Under the pieces are notes generated by a model. The model searched no databases. It saw nothing but the letters and a program-made list of their open reading frames with translations, and was not told where the DNA came from. Made by a program: the position numbers and the translations under genes. Positions 27,728 through 41,500 of a stretch of DNA of 64,000 bases are shown piece after piece. The DNA comes from Euglena gracilis. Taxonomy: Eukaryota. How positions within the stretch are numbered: the first letter of the stretch is position 1; each line of letters begins with the position of its first letter. The stretch lies in assembly GCA_039621445.1 (NCBI GenBank), contig CP154954.1, positions 32,016,012-32,080,011 of the forward strand, given 5' to 3'.

Positions 27728-28731
27728 CCTTTCCCCCCTTTGTCTTTGACACGGCTGGTCCATAACCCCCCCCCCGTGCAAGCACCTATGGTCATCCAGG
27801 ATCCCAAACCCAGTCACGCCCAATCACGCCCAGTCACGCCCAGTCACGCCCAGTCACGCCCAGTCACGCTAAGAGAAATCCCAGTCATCCAAGCTTCAAA
27901 CAGACATGATGCCTAGAATTTTGCAAAGCAACAAAATAAGTGAGGGTCTCTCGGGTCTGCAACTCAGTCATGCAGTTTGATGGGAAAGAGATGGCGGTCA
28001 ATGAAAAATGTTGTGGTGACAGTGTGGGAGGACCTTCAACAATATCAGTAAATCCTTCATTTTGGGCTCAAAGAACCCAATCAGCAACAGTACGCATGGA
28101 TGTAGTAAGCAGCAACAGTACCCCCCCCCCGTGCAAGCACCTATGGTCATCCAGGATCCCAAACCCAGTCACGCCCAGTCACGCCCAGTCACGCCCAGTC
28201 ACGCTAAGAGAAATCCCAGTCATCCAAGCTTCAAGCAGACATGATGCCTAGAATTTTGCAAAACAACAAAATAAGTGAGGGTCTCTCGGGTCTGCAACTC
28301 AGTCATGCAGTTTGATGGAAAAGAGATGGCGGTCAATGAAAAATGTTGTGGTGACAGTGTGGGAGGACCTTCAACAATATCAGTAAATCCTTCATTTTGG
28401 GCCCAAAGAACCCAATCAGCAACAGTACGCATGGATGCATGGCGTTTAGACATGGCTGAAGAAACAGGAAATTTATTCAAGCACATCTAATCAACCAGTC
28501 ACGCCCAGTCACGTCAAGTCACCGCACCTTTCAGGGTCCTCGAACCCAGTCACGCCCAGTCACGCCCAGTCATATCATAGGTGCTTGCCCCCGTGTCAAC
28601 CGCATTTTCCCGTACCCAAATTCCATTTTTTTATGGTACAGTACATATGGCACGGTGTGTCCATGACACCCCCCCCCCCGTCAACTGCACCTTCCCGATA
28701 TATTTTGGCGTGTCAAGGACAAGGGGAAGGT
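27728..28731. mobile_element. Host MITE (CCCCTTGTC..TGACACG TIR family) split by the 27779 insertion
   Basis: Left end CCTTTCCCCCCTTTGTCTTTGACACG and right end CGTGTCAAGGACAAGGGGAAGG. Confidence 0.65.
27779..28587. mobile_element. hAT-like MITE nested in another MITE
   Basis: TIRs CAAGCACCTATG / CATAGGTGCTTG, 8-bp TSD CCCCCGTG, CCCAGTCACG decamers and an internal ~340-bp tandem duplication. Confidence 0.9.
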
Positions 28732-31700
28732 GCAGGCAAACAGCTCTACTCCCAGACAACTGGAAGTTGCAAAATTCAAAGTTTTTGACCAATTCTACAC
28801 AGAAACTGAAACAGTGAAAATCATTGCATACTGAAATATGAGTTCAAGCAAGCTGGGCAAACCAACCAATGTCATTTTGCAAGTTTGCACCACTCTTTCT
28901 TTTGGTGTGCATTTTTTGTGCAGTTTTTGCGCATTTTTTGATCTGTTTTTTGGCATTTTCGAATACTTGTTAAAGACACTGTTTTGTTTATGCTTTTATG
29001 CGTCCTGTTACAGAAAAATCTGAATAATTGTCTGATTGTCCAAAAACATGCACCGTATTGCACACCAAATGCATTAATGTTGCAAAGTGATTTTTTTCTG
29101 AAGGAGATGAAAAAATTATGTCCTCTCCAACATAAAAGTGCATCTGCGTATTTGCATATTTTGAGGTCCCGTCCGTGGTCGGGGGCAGGGGACCTGCTCC
29201 ATTATGTGGGTGGCGCGCTCGTCCCTCGCGTTCATTCTGTGATGCCCCGCGCGTGGTATGTCCCTCACATGCCCAACTCCCACAGCATGGTTTGAAGCAC
29301 TCTTGTCAACTGACAGCACAACTGGTGTGGTTTGTTCATGAATTGTGCAGGATTCAGTGGTTGTGGTAGATTATTATGGGGCACATACATCTCTTTACAA
29401 TTTGGCAAATCCCCCCAGAGGGCTGCAGCCAGGCCCCGGTTTTGGCCCAGCCCAGACGCAGCGGCACCCCCTCCCTGGGGGTGCTGCTAGCCCTGCTACC
29501 CCTCCCCAAAAATAACACCACTCAAAATAAAATTCCCCAAATCCCCCAAAATCCCCCAAAAAGCCCACCTTGGGCCAAAAAAAATACAAATTCAGGCCCC
29601 CCAAAAAGGTCCCCCTGAAGCGCTGGGACGGATGAAATTTTCCCTGAAAAATTACCAAAAACCCAAATTTCAGACACAAAATGATAAAGTTTTGAAGATT
29701 TGAGTATTTTGAAGTGCAGATAAACATGCTAAATGTTCATTCATAGCAATTTACACATGGCGCAACGCGCCGGAGAAAAATTTAGTGTTTTTGGGAACCT
29801 GAAGGATGTGTTTTCGTGTTTTTTTTTCGGGTTTTGGTCGGTCAAATAAATATCCAAAAATAAGACCCCCTTGGAGGTTTCCAGCAACAGACCCAAAAAT
29901 AAAAATAAACCCAGGTCTTATTTGGGGGGGGGTAGCAATCCCGTTTTTGCTGGGTCCAGCCCAAGAATTTTTGGCGCAAAGCGCCAAATTTTTTTGGGGA
30001 AAAATGTTCAAAAATGGCCAAAATTGGTGTTTTTGAGCGTTTTGGAGGTTTCATCGGGGGGGGGGGGTCGAATGCTCATTAACTGTGTTTTGCAGGTCAT
30101 GTTTGGACAATTGTCCGATTTCGGCCCAACCTGGTCCATCTCACATCCAGCCAGGGTCCAGCCCCCTCCCGGGGGGGGGGGGGCTAGGCTAGACCGCCCA
30201 ACTTTCCAGCCCCCTTCCAGCAACCCCCCTCCAGGGTCCGTAACGAGATGCATGGCAAAGCAGCCTCAAACAACTGTCCTTGGCCTACATCCGTGGACGT
30301 TTTGGTCTGGAGCAGCCTGGCTGTGCGGAAAATTTGTTGAAAAACAAGTTTTGGGGGTTGGTGCCCCGAAGCTTTGGCTCTAAACTGTAATGGTAAAATT
30401 GCACCCCAACCATCAGTAGGGCTCCGGGTCAAATTGGAACCTAACCAGAGCAGCCCAGTAGCCCCCCCCACCCCCGTCGATCAGGGCCGCCCAGCTCAAA
30501 TTTGGTGTCGAAAGGTCGATTTTTTTTTACACACAATTTGCAGTTCTTTGGGAATTTTTTGCAGTGCCTATTTTCTGTGCCCCCCCCCCCGGCCACCTCT
30601 ATGGCGAGGTCACACGACCCTCCACCCAGACACTGAAAATCCGGGCGGAAATGGAAAATTCGATGAAAGATGAAACAGCAGGTGGGAGTTTTACTGCAAC
30701 AGCAGTGCAGCGAACTTCGAATGGAACAGCAGGAGCGGAAAAAATTGCAACAAAATCAGCAAGCTAAATCTGCCGAATCTGCAGTGGATCTGACAAAAGA
30801 AACGAGAGAAAAACCAACCAGAAAACCAGAAATTGTGCAGTTTGATCTCTTTGGTTACAACGATTTACCTGTGATTGAGGAAAATCCGGTTGAAATTGAA
30901 GGATATGAATACAGCAAACCTGGGACACACGCTGCACATGTCAGACAGGTCAGTCAGTGCACGTCCTGTAGGGACAGTGCCTGCAGGTGCAGGGCTGGTA
31001 CCACCAACTGCAGTAATCATGCATCAAATGATGAAAACTATTGTAGCTCCAAATTTTCTGGACAGCCAAAAGAATGGACTCAAAAGAGGGGTGGAGGTGG
31101 GTGAGGACACCCTAACCCCAAAATCTGACAAGCCGGAAGGACTGTACTGAGCCAAACTTTTTGTGAATTCAATCTCCTTGGGAAGGAAAGCGTGCCTCAT
31201 ACACTTCTGAGAGAGGAATCCTTGCTGTGCACACTCACTGACCTGAATGCTAAACATTTGCAGCTGGATATTCCCAAACGATGTGGTGATTCATGTTGTG
31301 CATCGGGAGGGGATATGAGGTTGTGATTTCTGCGTGATTGGGCTTTGTTGCATATACCCCCTTGCAGACAGAAAGACAGGAGGTATTCCTCTCATGCGTT
31401 TTTATTTGGGTAGCAAACAAATATGTATACTCCAAAACTTAGACCTTTCTGCTCCCTCCATCGGGTGTCTGTTATGCGGATTACTTCTAGGACAACAGAG
31501 CACAGCATCATTGTAGCAGCACTGGCAGTATAGGCCTGGGCTGAGGCCACGCGCGTTAGGTGGGCCGGGGTTGCTGCGGGGGTGGTATGGGGCGGCCAGA
31601 AATGCAGTGGTTGGGCGACGTCCAGGCAACAGCATCGATGCGGACTAACATAAGACTTGTCGACGTTCGCAAATGCGCACACCAACCCTTACACAAAATA

Positions 31701-34700
31701 TACATGTGGTCGATGTGCGCAAATGCGCACATCGACCCCCTCACTTCATATGTGTCATCGCTAGACGCAACATTTTGATCGGTCTGATAGCAGCAGAATT
31801 CTGAAGTTTTTTTATGCCACAATCGTCGCCTAATTTACCATCACATCACGTTGTCCAAATGGTGGATAGTCGGCCCCCTTCAAACAGGTTTGCAACATCC
31901 ATCATTACAGGCAGCACGGACACACCAATACCCATCGACGCAACAGCCAGGGTGTACAACCCACCTGTTTTACAGACAACAACACCAATCTGTCGCCAGG
32001 GGGGGGGGGGGAATGCGCTGGGCGGCCCTCGGAAAAAATGCGCAAAAATGCGCAAAAAATGCGCAAAAAAATGCGCTGAGTTTGTACATTCCTAAGGGAA
32101 AAAGGACTTAGAAAAATTTCCAATAATGAGCCCAAAATTAAACCAAAACCACCAAAAAACAACTGAAATGAAGGCATTTTTGGCCAAAAAAAAATGCATG
32201 AGGAAGGCGTCACTCTCTGTTCACCATAACCAACAATGTCAGCCATGGTGCCTCTTCCTTGTGACCAGGGGAGTGGGATTCGATGCGGGGTCTCTGAAAA
32301 CCCTAGTGTCCTCATCGTCATTGGATGAATACCCACACCTCATCACCCAAAGCTTGTTTCCTAACCTGTATTGTGAGGTGTAAACCTCATACATTGCTGT
32401 TTCACCAGGCACAGTCGGCGCTACAAGGAATTCACAAAAAATGTCGATTTGCGCAAAATGCGCACATCGACAAAGAAAATACCCTTTAAGTGCGAGATGC
32501 GCCGCCTAAGCCCCTACATAAACCGCCGTCTGAACAACCAAACCTTGGTTCATAACCGGAAGACGCCGGGGATGATTTTTGGTCGCAAAACCTCCCGAAA
32601 CCGATTTTCATTTGACCGCCCATCATCAAAAGTGCCAGTTTTGACAAATTTTGCCGTAATTTGCCAATTTGGGCGGTTTGGGGGTCATTTTGGGGGGTTG
32701 GATTTTCACCAACAATTCTTTGATTTAAAACCAGGTTGTGTGCAGTGCTGAGCTCTTCACCTGCCTGAAGGCCCAGCCTGGCAGCCCGGCGGCCCCGCCC
32801 AACCCAGCCCGGCCGGCCCGGCACGGGTGCGCAGCTGGCCCTGGCGGTTTATACGAGGCGATGGATGGGCCCCAGGGCTTCGGTTTATGTCCCCAGTGAT
32901 TTGCTTTCATTCCCCATCATGTTGTATGTATTTTGAAATTTTCGATTTTTTTTGACTCCGATAGGGCCCAAAAAAAGCACCAACTCAAAACAAGCCAAAA
33001 AAAAACACACAGTAGCATACCTAAATTGGCCCGGGGCAATCAAAATGCCTATAGATATGGTTCATTGTTGAGCAATTGTAAAAACAATTGTTTGGACCAC
33101 AAAACCGAGCCGGAACATGCGCCAGGTGTGTTGGCGGCCAGAACGGCGAATGGGGGGCCATACATGCTCTCCCGCGACTCACTTGGTCTGATGTATGTTT
33201 TCTTTTAATGGTAGAGTCGAAGCTGGCGGGGTTGGTAAATCGTAAGTTTGGAACCTTTAGTTAAGGTCAAACGGAGGTGCTTCGGAAAGCCAGGATCCAG
33301 TCGCTTGTGGCTGAAAGAAAATTCCGGGAACGGGGCCGGGGTCATGGTGATAATCGATGGTTTGCATTACTACGCCCCCCCCCTTTTTGGTGGTAAGCTC
33401 CGCTCTTACTCTAAAGAGAGAAGAGCTCAGCGACAAAAAAATACCCCCCCCCGTTTATAGCCCCCCTTCAGCTGACCAAACCAGCCAGACCTTATAAATC
33501 CCGGGGTGTTTACAAGTGGAGAGTGGGTAGTTTTCGATAATTTCTTTCCAATACTGGAAAATTTCCTCAAAATACCAGAAGAAAGTTCAGCTCAAAGCCA
33601 TTTTCCCAAAGTGCAACGTCCTTCCCTCCCAAATGCAGGATTGACAATGCCCATTACTGGGGATAAATATTCTTGTTTACACCGCTCATTCTGTTTTTTA
33701 GGCATGTTGGAGTTTATTTCCTTCCTTCATTTCAATTCATTGGGCGTCGTGGCTGTGAGCAATCCGGATCGACCTTTTTCTGGTTCAAACACTTATTTGT
33801 TTGTTGATGGTCGGTGTGAGCAAATGCGCACATCGACCATCAAAAAAATAAATAAGTGGTCGATGTGCGCAAATGCGCACATCAACCACCAGCACAAAAT
33901 GCGCGTGTGGTTGGTATCTGTGAATGGTGTGGTTGGTATCTGTGAAAATCTGTGAATGGTTGATGTGCGCATTTGCGCAAACCGACCACTTAAAATTTGT
34001 AAAATATACTCCACGTTTTTTTATAATACCACATGAAACACAAGACACACCTTTTCTTGGTTTCAGAAGTAAAGTTTGTCCAAGGATTTTGAATGGGTAC
34101 TGCTTGCAATGTGTGCCAAAGAACGGTGGCTTATAAATGTACCTTTGTTTTAACTCCGTATTACGCAGTGCTCTTCGTCCAGAACAGTTGATATGCGCAC
34201 TTGCGCACACCGACCATTGCGGATGCAATACTTTTGAAGCCATTGTGTGGTGACGAAATTCTGGTTTATATTATGCAAAACACACAGTAGAACACACTAA
34301 ATGACGGGAGAAAATTTGTTCTCTCCAAGGGCAAGTTTTTGCATGTCTTATCTCTAACCGGCACAACCGATCGTTTTTGCGTCATCAGTTTGGGAGTTGC
34401 GCGGGAGGAGTTGATGACGTGTAACCCCCCCCCCCAAGATTGCTGTACACTTTTCTGAAAAAAACAACGACTTACAGAATTTCAAAATTACGTGTGTGTA
34501 ATCCTCCTGTTTCCCCAACCGGGAGTCATTATTCTGCTTTTGCCACACTGATGCCTCGTTTTTTTCCTCAGAAAACATGCAACGCACCAGTTTTTGTGCA
34601 CAATATCAGGGTGCCCAGTCCCAGTTCTTTCACGCAACCCAACCAGGTGTAACCATTAAATATCTCTCTCCCTCCAAAACAATGAGTTTTGTGGCCACAT

Positions 34701-35029
34701 TTAAGACGCTCCGATTTTCCATTGTTTCCATGGACCAGCAGCATGCCCGCCTCCCCAGTCTGCCGTCCCGGTTGTGGGGGACAACAACGCCATCTCGGTG
34801 GCTGCTGCTGAACCGGGGGGTTAATGACGGCCTTGTGAAAGCTTAAATGCAACCCCCTATCATCACCTGATGTGACCGTTGCAGCAAAACACAAACCAGG
34901 GGGCAAGTTGTGGGTGTTTTCGATGGCCACCCCATGCCCAATGGCGCCGCTGCACGTGTGCCGGCGACGTGCCAGCGGCAGGCCACCTACCAGAGGTCTA
35001 CGGTCTCTAGATGGACCTGGGCCTGTCAC

Positions 35030-35154
35030 CAGGGTTCGATATAAGGACAGGTGGGGGGGGTGGTCCGGACCCCCCCTGCGGGCCAGGAGGGGGGGGGGGG
35101 GGGGGGGACACCCCCCCACCTAAACCATGTACGCCCTCCTTATATCAAACCCTG
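35030..35154. mobile_element. hAT-like MITE
   Basis: TIRs CAGGGTTCGATATAAG / CTTATATCAAACCCTG and 8-bp TSD CCTGTCAC. A longer relative lies at ~8903-9250. Confidence 0.85.
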
Positions 35155-37782
35155 CCTGTCACTTTGTCACTTTTTTCCCTTAAAAAAAGCCCCATGGTGG
35201 AGGAGAGTGTTTGGCAGCTGAGTAAATTGCACACCGAAGGAGCCATTGCAGGTAGTGTTTGAGGTCGTGTTTGATGTGTTCTGTCTTTTAATTTACTATC
35301 GTGGTCGGTGTGCGCAAATGCGCACGTCGTCATGGTGTGCCCATTTCGCACTCCGACGACGTCCATCTTTACACATGTGGTCGGTGTTTGAAAATGTGTA
35401 AACGCCGACCACGTGCGCATTTGCGCAAACTGACCACTTTTTTTATTCTCACCTGGTACTTGATACAGGTGTTTTTCAGTGCGTTTCTGTCTGTTTTCGG
35501 AGCAAAGCTGCGTTGTAAGCTCTTCCAGTTATTGTTGTTTCAAAAGGCTCTAGGCAGCGAGGTCAGTTTACAGTCCATGATATTTGACCCTTCTCATAAA
35601 TGGACGTGAGGTCTGTTTGCGCAAATGCGCACATGTGGTCGATGTGCGCATTTGCGCAAACCGACCTCATCATCTGCCCAAAACTCACGGTATTTGTCAC
35701 ATCAATTTCAGAAGTGTGAATTATCTGGTATTTATGGCCGTTCTTCGGGGGAACTGTACAATGGTCGATGGGCGAAATTGCGCACATCGACCTTCTTTCT
35801 TTGTTCAACAAAATCCCCAGGCACGCCTTCCTTTCTGCGTTCTTGGCCGGCGGTGTGATTGGACCCACCCTAGCCCCCCATGCTTGTTCCCCGCACTCCG
35901 GCAAACGTCCAAAGGCACAAATCCGAGGCCGGCGAAAACAAAAAGTGCGCCAAAACCCCCGGAGGGAGCCAGTCAGGGTCGCCAAAAGCCGGCGAGGAGA
36001 GCTGCATCGCACAAAAAGGAGGGAGGCGGTACTGGGGTTTTGCTGATTTTGCCGGTTGATATTTCATTTAGGGGGGTAGGTCCGGGGGTTTTCCTGGCAT
36101 GCCGACCACCAAAAAAGCAGCTAAAAAACAAAGCAATTTGTGGGACCGCTGTGGCCAAAAATGTAAATTCTGCCGGATTCATTGTCCACCTGTCGCCTCG
36201 CGCTCTCCCCCTTGCAACGCCGGTGCCAAAATCAAAAATTTGGTCGGTTTGCGCAAATGCGCAAATCGACCAAAAACCCTTAAGTGCGAGATGCACTGCC
36301 TAAGAGGGGGAGTTATAAATGTGGGGGGTTTATAAGTGGGAGGGTTCCCCTTTAACCAGCAAGAATCTGGCCAACTGCTGTGCACCGCAACTGATGAGAA
36401 GCCCATGGCTGTTGGAGTCAGACTAAATTTGACCAATCCCATGGGAGGGGGGCCAGACAATTTTTTTTCGACCCCCAAGCGGGGTCACTCCCACTCTTCC
36501 CAAAACCAGTCAATCACTGTTTTTTTTTTGGAAAATCAGTCAGTCACTACCTCCCCCCCCCCGCTACCCCCCCCGGGGGGGGGGGTCGTCACTCTGAAAT
36601 CCAAAAAGGAAAATTGACCACAAATGTGAAAAAAAGCAAAAAAAATTCCGACGCCTTCGGGGCCAGGTCACTGGAATGGTTTTTTTGCCAACCCCCCCCC
36701 CCGGGGGAGGGGGTCCGGGATGAAAACTAGTCAATCATTCTGAAAAAACCAGTCGTCTCCCCCAGGGGGGGGGTCGGCCAGTGACTAAATGATTGTACGA
36801 GGGGAGGCACAAAGCGCAGGAAATACTTTTGGGGGGTCGTCAGGGCTGTATGGGAGGCCTGGCGGGGGGGGGGGTCGGACCCTCCACCCGGGAGGTGGGG
36901 GGTTGGGTCGACACCCCCCACCCACCATGGCACCTGCTCAAAGAGAATTCCTTTCGCGCCGAAAAAAAAACGGTGCCCCCGAAAATATGGGAAGGCCTGG
37001 GGGGGGGTCGGACTGGTCGCACCTACGTGGAAAATCGCCACAAAAATATTATTCATTCCTGGAGGATCTGGCACAGCAGTGCCTGGACCAACGTTGGCCG
37101 TGTCCAACTCCCCTGGGTGGTGTCGGTGTGGGTGTCAGAGTGCCTGTCCAAGCAGGTCCCCCAGGATGGGGTCGGTCTCACGTTGAGCCTGGTCGGAACC
37201 TCGACATAATTGTCATGCCGTCACGGGTGACAGATGGGAGCACGTCAAACAGGGGCTGGAAAGGAGGCCGCCAACACGTATCTCTTCGTTCGGAGACGGA
37301 AGAGGTGGAGGTGGGGACAGCAATGGAACTGGGAACTGGGACAGAAGGCGATTCAGGGGCCGGAAGCAAGCACTCTGCAGGACGCCAACACTGTGGCAGG
37401 CAATGGTGACGGAAGAGACCTGAGGCAGAATTCCGTGGAAACAACGCGGCCTGCTTCCGTGGCAGGGTGGGGGAGAGACGCAACCCAGGAGGATGACACC
37501 AGTTTTGACTAACTGGCACAGGCTTCTATGGTAGGAAATGTGTTCCAACCGGGCTTCTTTTTACCAACCCCAGGGGGGAGGAGGGTGCCTTGTCCTATGG
37601 GCTGCCTGCCCTTAGCAGGCACACACCCCAGGGAGGGTCACTTGCCGACCCAGGCAAATTTCCCTTGAAAATGGCCATTTACGGGTCTCCGGCGCCGAAG
37701 GCATTGGGGGTGTGCTACAGGGTGTGCTACTACCAGTGGGGTCGAAATTGCCCTACCACCCTACCTGCCCACAGCACCTCCG

Positions 37783-38528
37783 TAGATGCACTTTGGCTTC
37801 CGTCTGGTTCAAGGCCTGGCGCTGCATTCCGCTTCTGGCCCTTTCTTCGGAGCAACTCCCAATAATTGTCCAACCCCATATTCACTGGGACTGCAAACTT
37901 CCGTTTTTGTGTTTTCCTTGCAATTCACCTCTCCCTTGGGTTTTTGGCTTATCTTTCCTACACTTGCTGCTGCCGCCGCTTCTGTTGCTGCTCGATTTCG
38001 TTCCCAAGAGGTGTTTACGGTGGTAAGGGGCCTACTCCTCCACTGCATGCCAGCGGGTACCGGTGTCACCGGCAGTGGGCCCTTTTTACCACCACGGCCC
38101 TCCGGGTCCCCCTGGGAAGGAAATACTTTCCGCCGCTGCTTGCTGGGCTGCTGCTGCTACTGCTTCCCTGACTCTTTGGACCCCCTCTGGGCTCTGTGCT
38201 CTTGTGGTTCCCAGTTCTTGCGTTGTGTTCTCCCATTGCTGTTCTCAATGGGATGGGCATATGGGCAGGAGGTGGTCCTCCACCAGCATCCCATACCAGA
38301 CTTGCACATGCGCTGTTCCCCCGTGGGTCTGCCCCGCCCTCCCCATGGGGTGCCCTTCTCTGTGGGCTGCACTTTTTGGGTGTATCCCCACCAGTTGGCT
38401 GGGTGCTGATACAGGGTATAGACACTGCTGTCCAAACCAACACGCCTTGCCAATGCTGGGGGGTGTTGGTGTCGGTGTGAATGTGCCCACCTTTGGCGTG
38501 GTTACGTCCAAGCTGCAGTGGCAAAATC
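37783..38528 (-). mobile_element. Solo 3' fragment / pseudo-LTR of the same PLE family
   Basis: Aligns by eye with 41124-41929 in the same orientation and ends at the same TAGATGCACTTTGGCTTC boundary. It keeps an intact CCCH motif, CKSGMGCWWRTTSCPYAH (38253-38306). Confidence 0.85.
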
Positions 38529-41500
38529 GGCTATTTGAGGTGCACATGCCCACAGCACCCCCCGGGGGGTGCGCACTTGACTCTGTATGAACTGTTACAG
38601 CTGCGCCTGATGCCGCAAAATTCTACAATGCCAGAACAGCACAAAATGTATCCACTGTTGAGATTTGCCTCCCAGCTAGTATGGTGTAGGTGGGGAGCGT
38701 ACCAAACGCCCACTGGAGGAGTTGGAGACACACACACTCAGGGAGAGAGGGCACATATACTATTATTCATCTGAGATGAATCTTAGATGTGTGAAGACTG
38801 TTGGCTGTGGCGTATTAATAATTATGATGGGGGGGACAATAAGGGGGGGGGTAATTACACCCCCCCACAAGGGTACAAAACTACCCCCCTAAAAAGTTCA
38901 CATCCCCCAAAGGAGAAATCACTGTCACATCTCAGGTCAGAAAGACACACACAATTCTCAGAACTGTCCTTCTCGGACCAAATTTTTCTATCGTCCAAGC
39001 CCAAAACTTTGACAGATAATCACTTGACTTCTTGCTTGACATTACAAGAAGGAGAAAAAATGGAAAGAGTGGTGCAAAATCAAGTATTTTGTGCTTTGCC
39101 CTAATAAGTGCGCAGTGCCCTAATAAGTGCGCACCCCTTGGGGTCCAAAATACTTCCTTAAAATGCACACAGCCACACAGCACTTATTCGGGGGATTTTA
39201 CAATCCGTTTTATGTTTCTAATGTTGTGGGTTGGTGGGGCCTTCTGTTTAACTCAGCAGACCTCCCCTGTGTGGGGGTGGGTGGGTGGGTGGGTGGGTCT
39301 GGGGCTGGACCCCCCCCCAACATGGGTGGTCCCAGACCGGGCTTCGGTGGGTGGGGGAACTCCCCTCTCCTCCTGGCGCCAGCAACACAAAAAAAAAACC
39401 ACCAAACAGTCTTCAAATAAATCAGGAGGGAGGGGCCCCACAAAGCTAAATGAATGTGTGGTTGAGTGCCAGGGCTTGAAGTCAGCCAACCCCTCCCCAG
39501 GCTTTCCCTGAGCCAGTTTGAGGGCTAACTTTGGGGGAATCGCTTATGTGTCAGGTGCACAATGATATCTGATTATATACTTTGGTGGCCAAATTCTAAA
39601 TACTATTCTGATATGTCCAATTGTTTGGGGGCCAATTGGGGGGAGGGGAAATATTCTTCCTGTAATAAGACGGGCCCATTTAACCACAAAAGAGATGCCA
39701 GCGAAGGGAAAGAAACAACACTCTCAGGGGAAGAACCACGGAGACAGATTGATATGAGCTGCACATCCAAAAGGTTTTGGACGTGCAGCCCTCCTTTTAT
39801 TTGTTGGGAATGGCCGGATCACAACCCAATCTCTTCCATGCTGCGAAAACCTTGGTGAAATCGTCTGGATTTGTCACTGAAAGTGCTTGGCCTGGAGGTG
39901 GCAAGGGGGTGGGGGTTCCCCTCAAACGGGGGGGGGGGACAACAGCCCGGGCCATCGAGCCTGCCAGCAGGGCCAATGGCCTGCTCAGAACAAGCACTGA
40001 ACCCACGGCAGAACGCAGCCGTCGAGGGCAGTGCAGCCGGGGCATCCACTTGATACCGATGGCGGGTGGGCGGGCACACTGGCTGTTTGCATGACCGGAG
40101 GGTGATCCATCAACCGCACCCTGCGTTGGGGAGAACACAGTGCCGCATGGGAAAGGCAGCAGCGCAAGTCAAAAGCAGAGCCCAACTTTCGTTGTAAATC
40201 CGCATTAAGCTCGGGGAGGGACCCTGAAGTATTTAAAAAAAAAGCAGTCAGTGACTGCATAAGGGGATCAGTCAGTCACTCGTCCACCTGTGGGGTAGTG
40301 AATACCAGCAATATTCCAATGTTGTGTGCGGTATGTTGTATGGCCTGGGACGATGCGGCTGGCGTGCGGCGGCGGTCGGGGTTCGACCCACTTCTGCAGG
40401 AAGTGCACCGCAGAGGAAGGGGGTGGCCTCTGCTAGGGCACAGGGAGGGGGGCTGCTCTCCCAGACCCCACTGCAACCCAGCCAAAATCAGGAAGCAACC
40501 CTGTGTCCATGTCCAGAAAGGACATCGCCATCGGCCATGGGAATCTCCAATGTCCACATGCGTTCTGCCAATTCTTCCAATTCTTTCCCCATTGCTTCAG
40601 CGTGTGGGTGCATCATCAGGAATGCAGAATGGTCGATGGAAAATGTTTTTGATGTTCGGCTCTATGATCCATATCTCAATTACCTCCCTGAACACCGAGG
40701 CGTGGCAAATGAACAGGGGCAAACAGGTCATAAAAAAAATCATACACATACACACTCAATAGCCCGCAAGGTTTTTGGAAGCAAAGCGCACGGCAGCAAC
40801 TCTGGCAAACACAAATGGGAGGTCGCGGAACCCCTTGGTGCAGGGGAGCCGGGGCTCCGCTGGGAGGACAAAGGTGATGGCGTTCCGCCGCTCCTTTGGC
40901 GGAGGGTGACCCTGGGCGTCCGGGGAATGGACCATCTCCTTTTCCTCCTGGAGAAGCAGGCGGCGGTTGATGGTGCAGGCAGGCGGTGCCGCATGCACGC
41001 ACACGCAAAAGCACACCACCAGAATGCTGTTTGTCCGGAAAACAAAACAATTTAAATTACGAATAACTGGAGGAATAATTTAATAATTTATTTTGCAGTG
41101 CAGGGGGTAACTGAAAAACCCCCTTAGGTGCACTTTGGCTTCTGTCTGGTTTAAGGCCTGGCGCTGCATTCCGCTTCTGGCCCTTTCTTCGGAGCAACTC
41201 CCAATAATTGTCTGACCCCATATTCACTGGGACTTCAAACGTCCGTTTTGTGGTTTCCTGGCCCTTCCCCTCCCCTTTGAGCTTTTGGCTCCCCTTTCTT
41301 GCTGCTGCTGCTCTGCTTCTGTTGCTGCTCGATTTCATTCCCAAGTGCTGCTCGGGGTGGTAAGGGGTCTACTCTTCCATTGCGTGCCAGCGGGTGCCGG
41401 TGTCACCGGCAGTGGGTCCTTTTTACCACCACGGCCCTCCGGGTCCCCCTGGGAAGGAAATACTTTCCGCTGCTGCTTGCTGGGCTGCTGCTGCTGCTGC

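Noticed and set aside
27809-28572. CRISPR-like or iteron-like arrays of short direct repeats
   Set aside because: The 10-bp units are head-to-tail with no unique spacers and no cas genes; they are subterminal repeats of MITEs.
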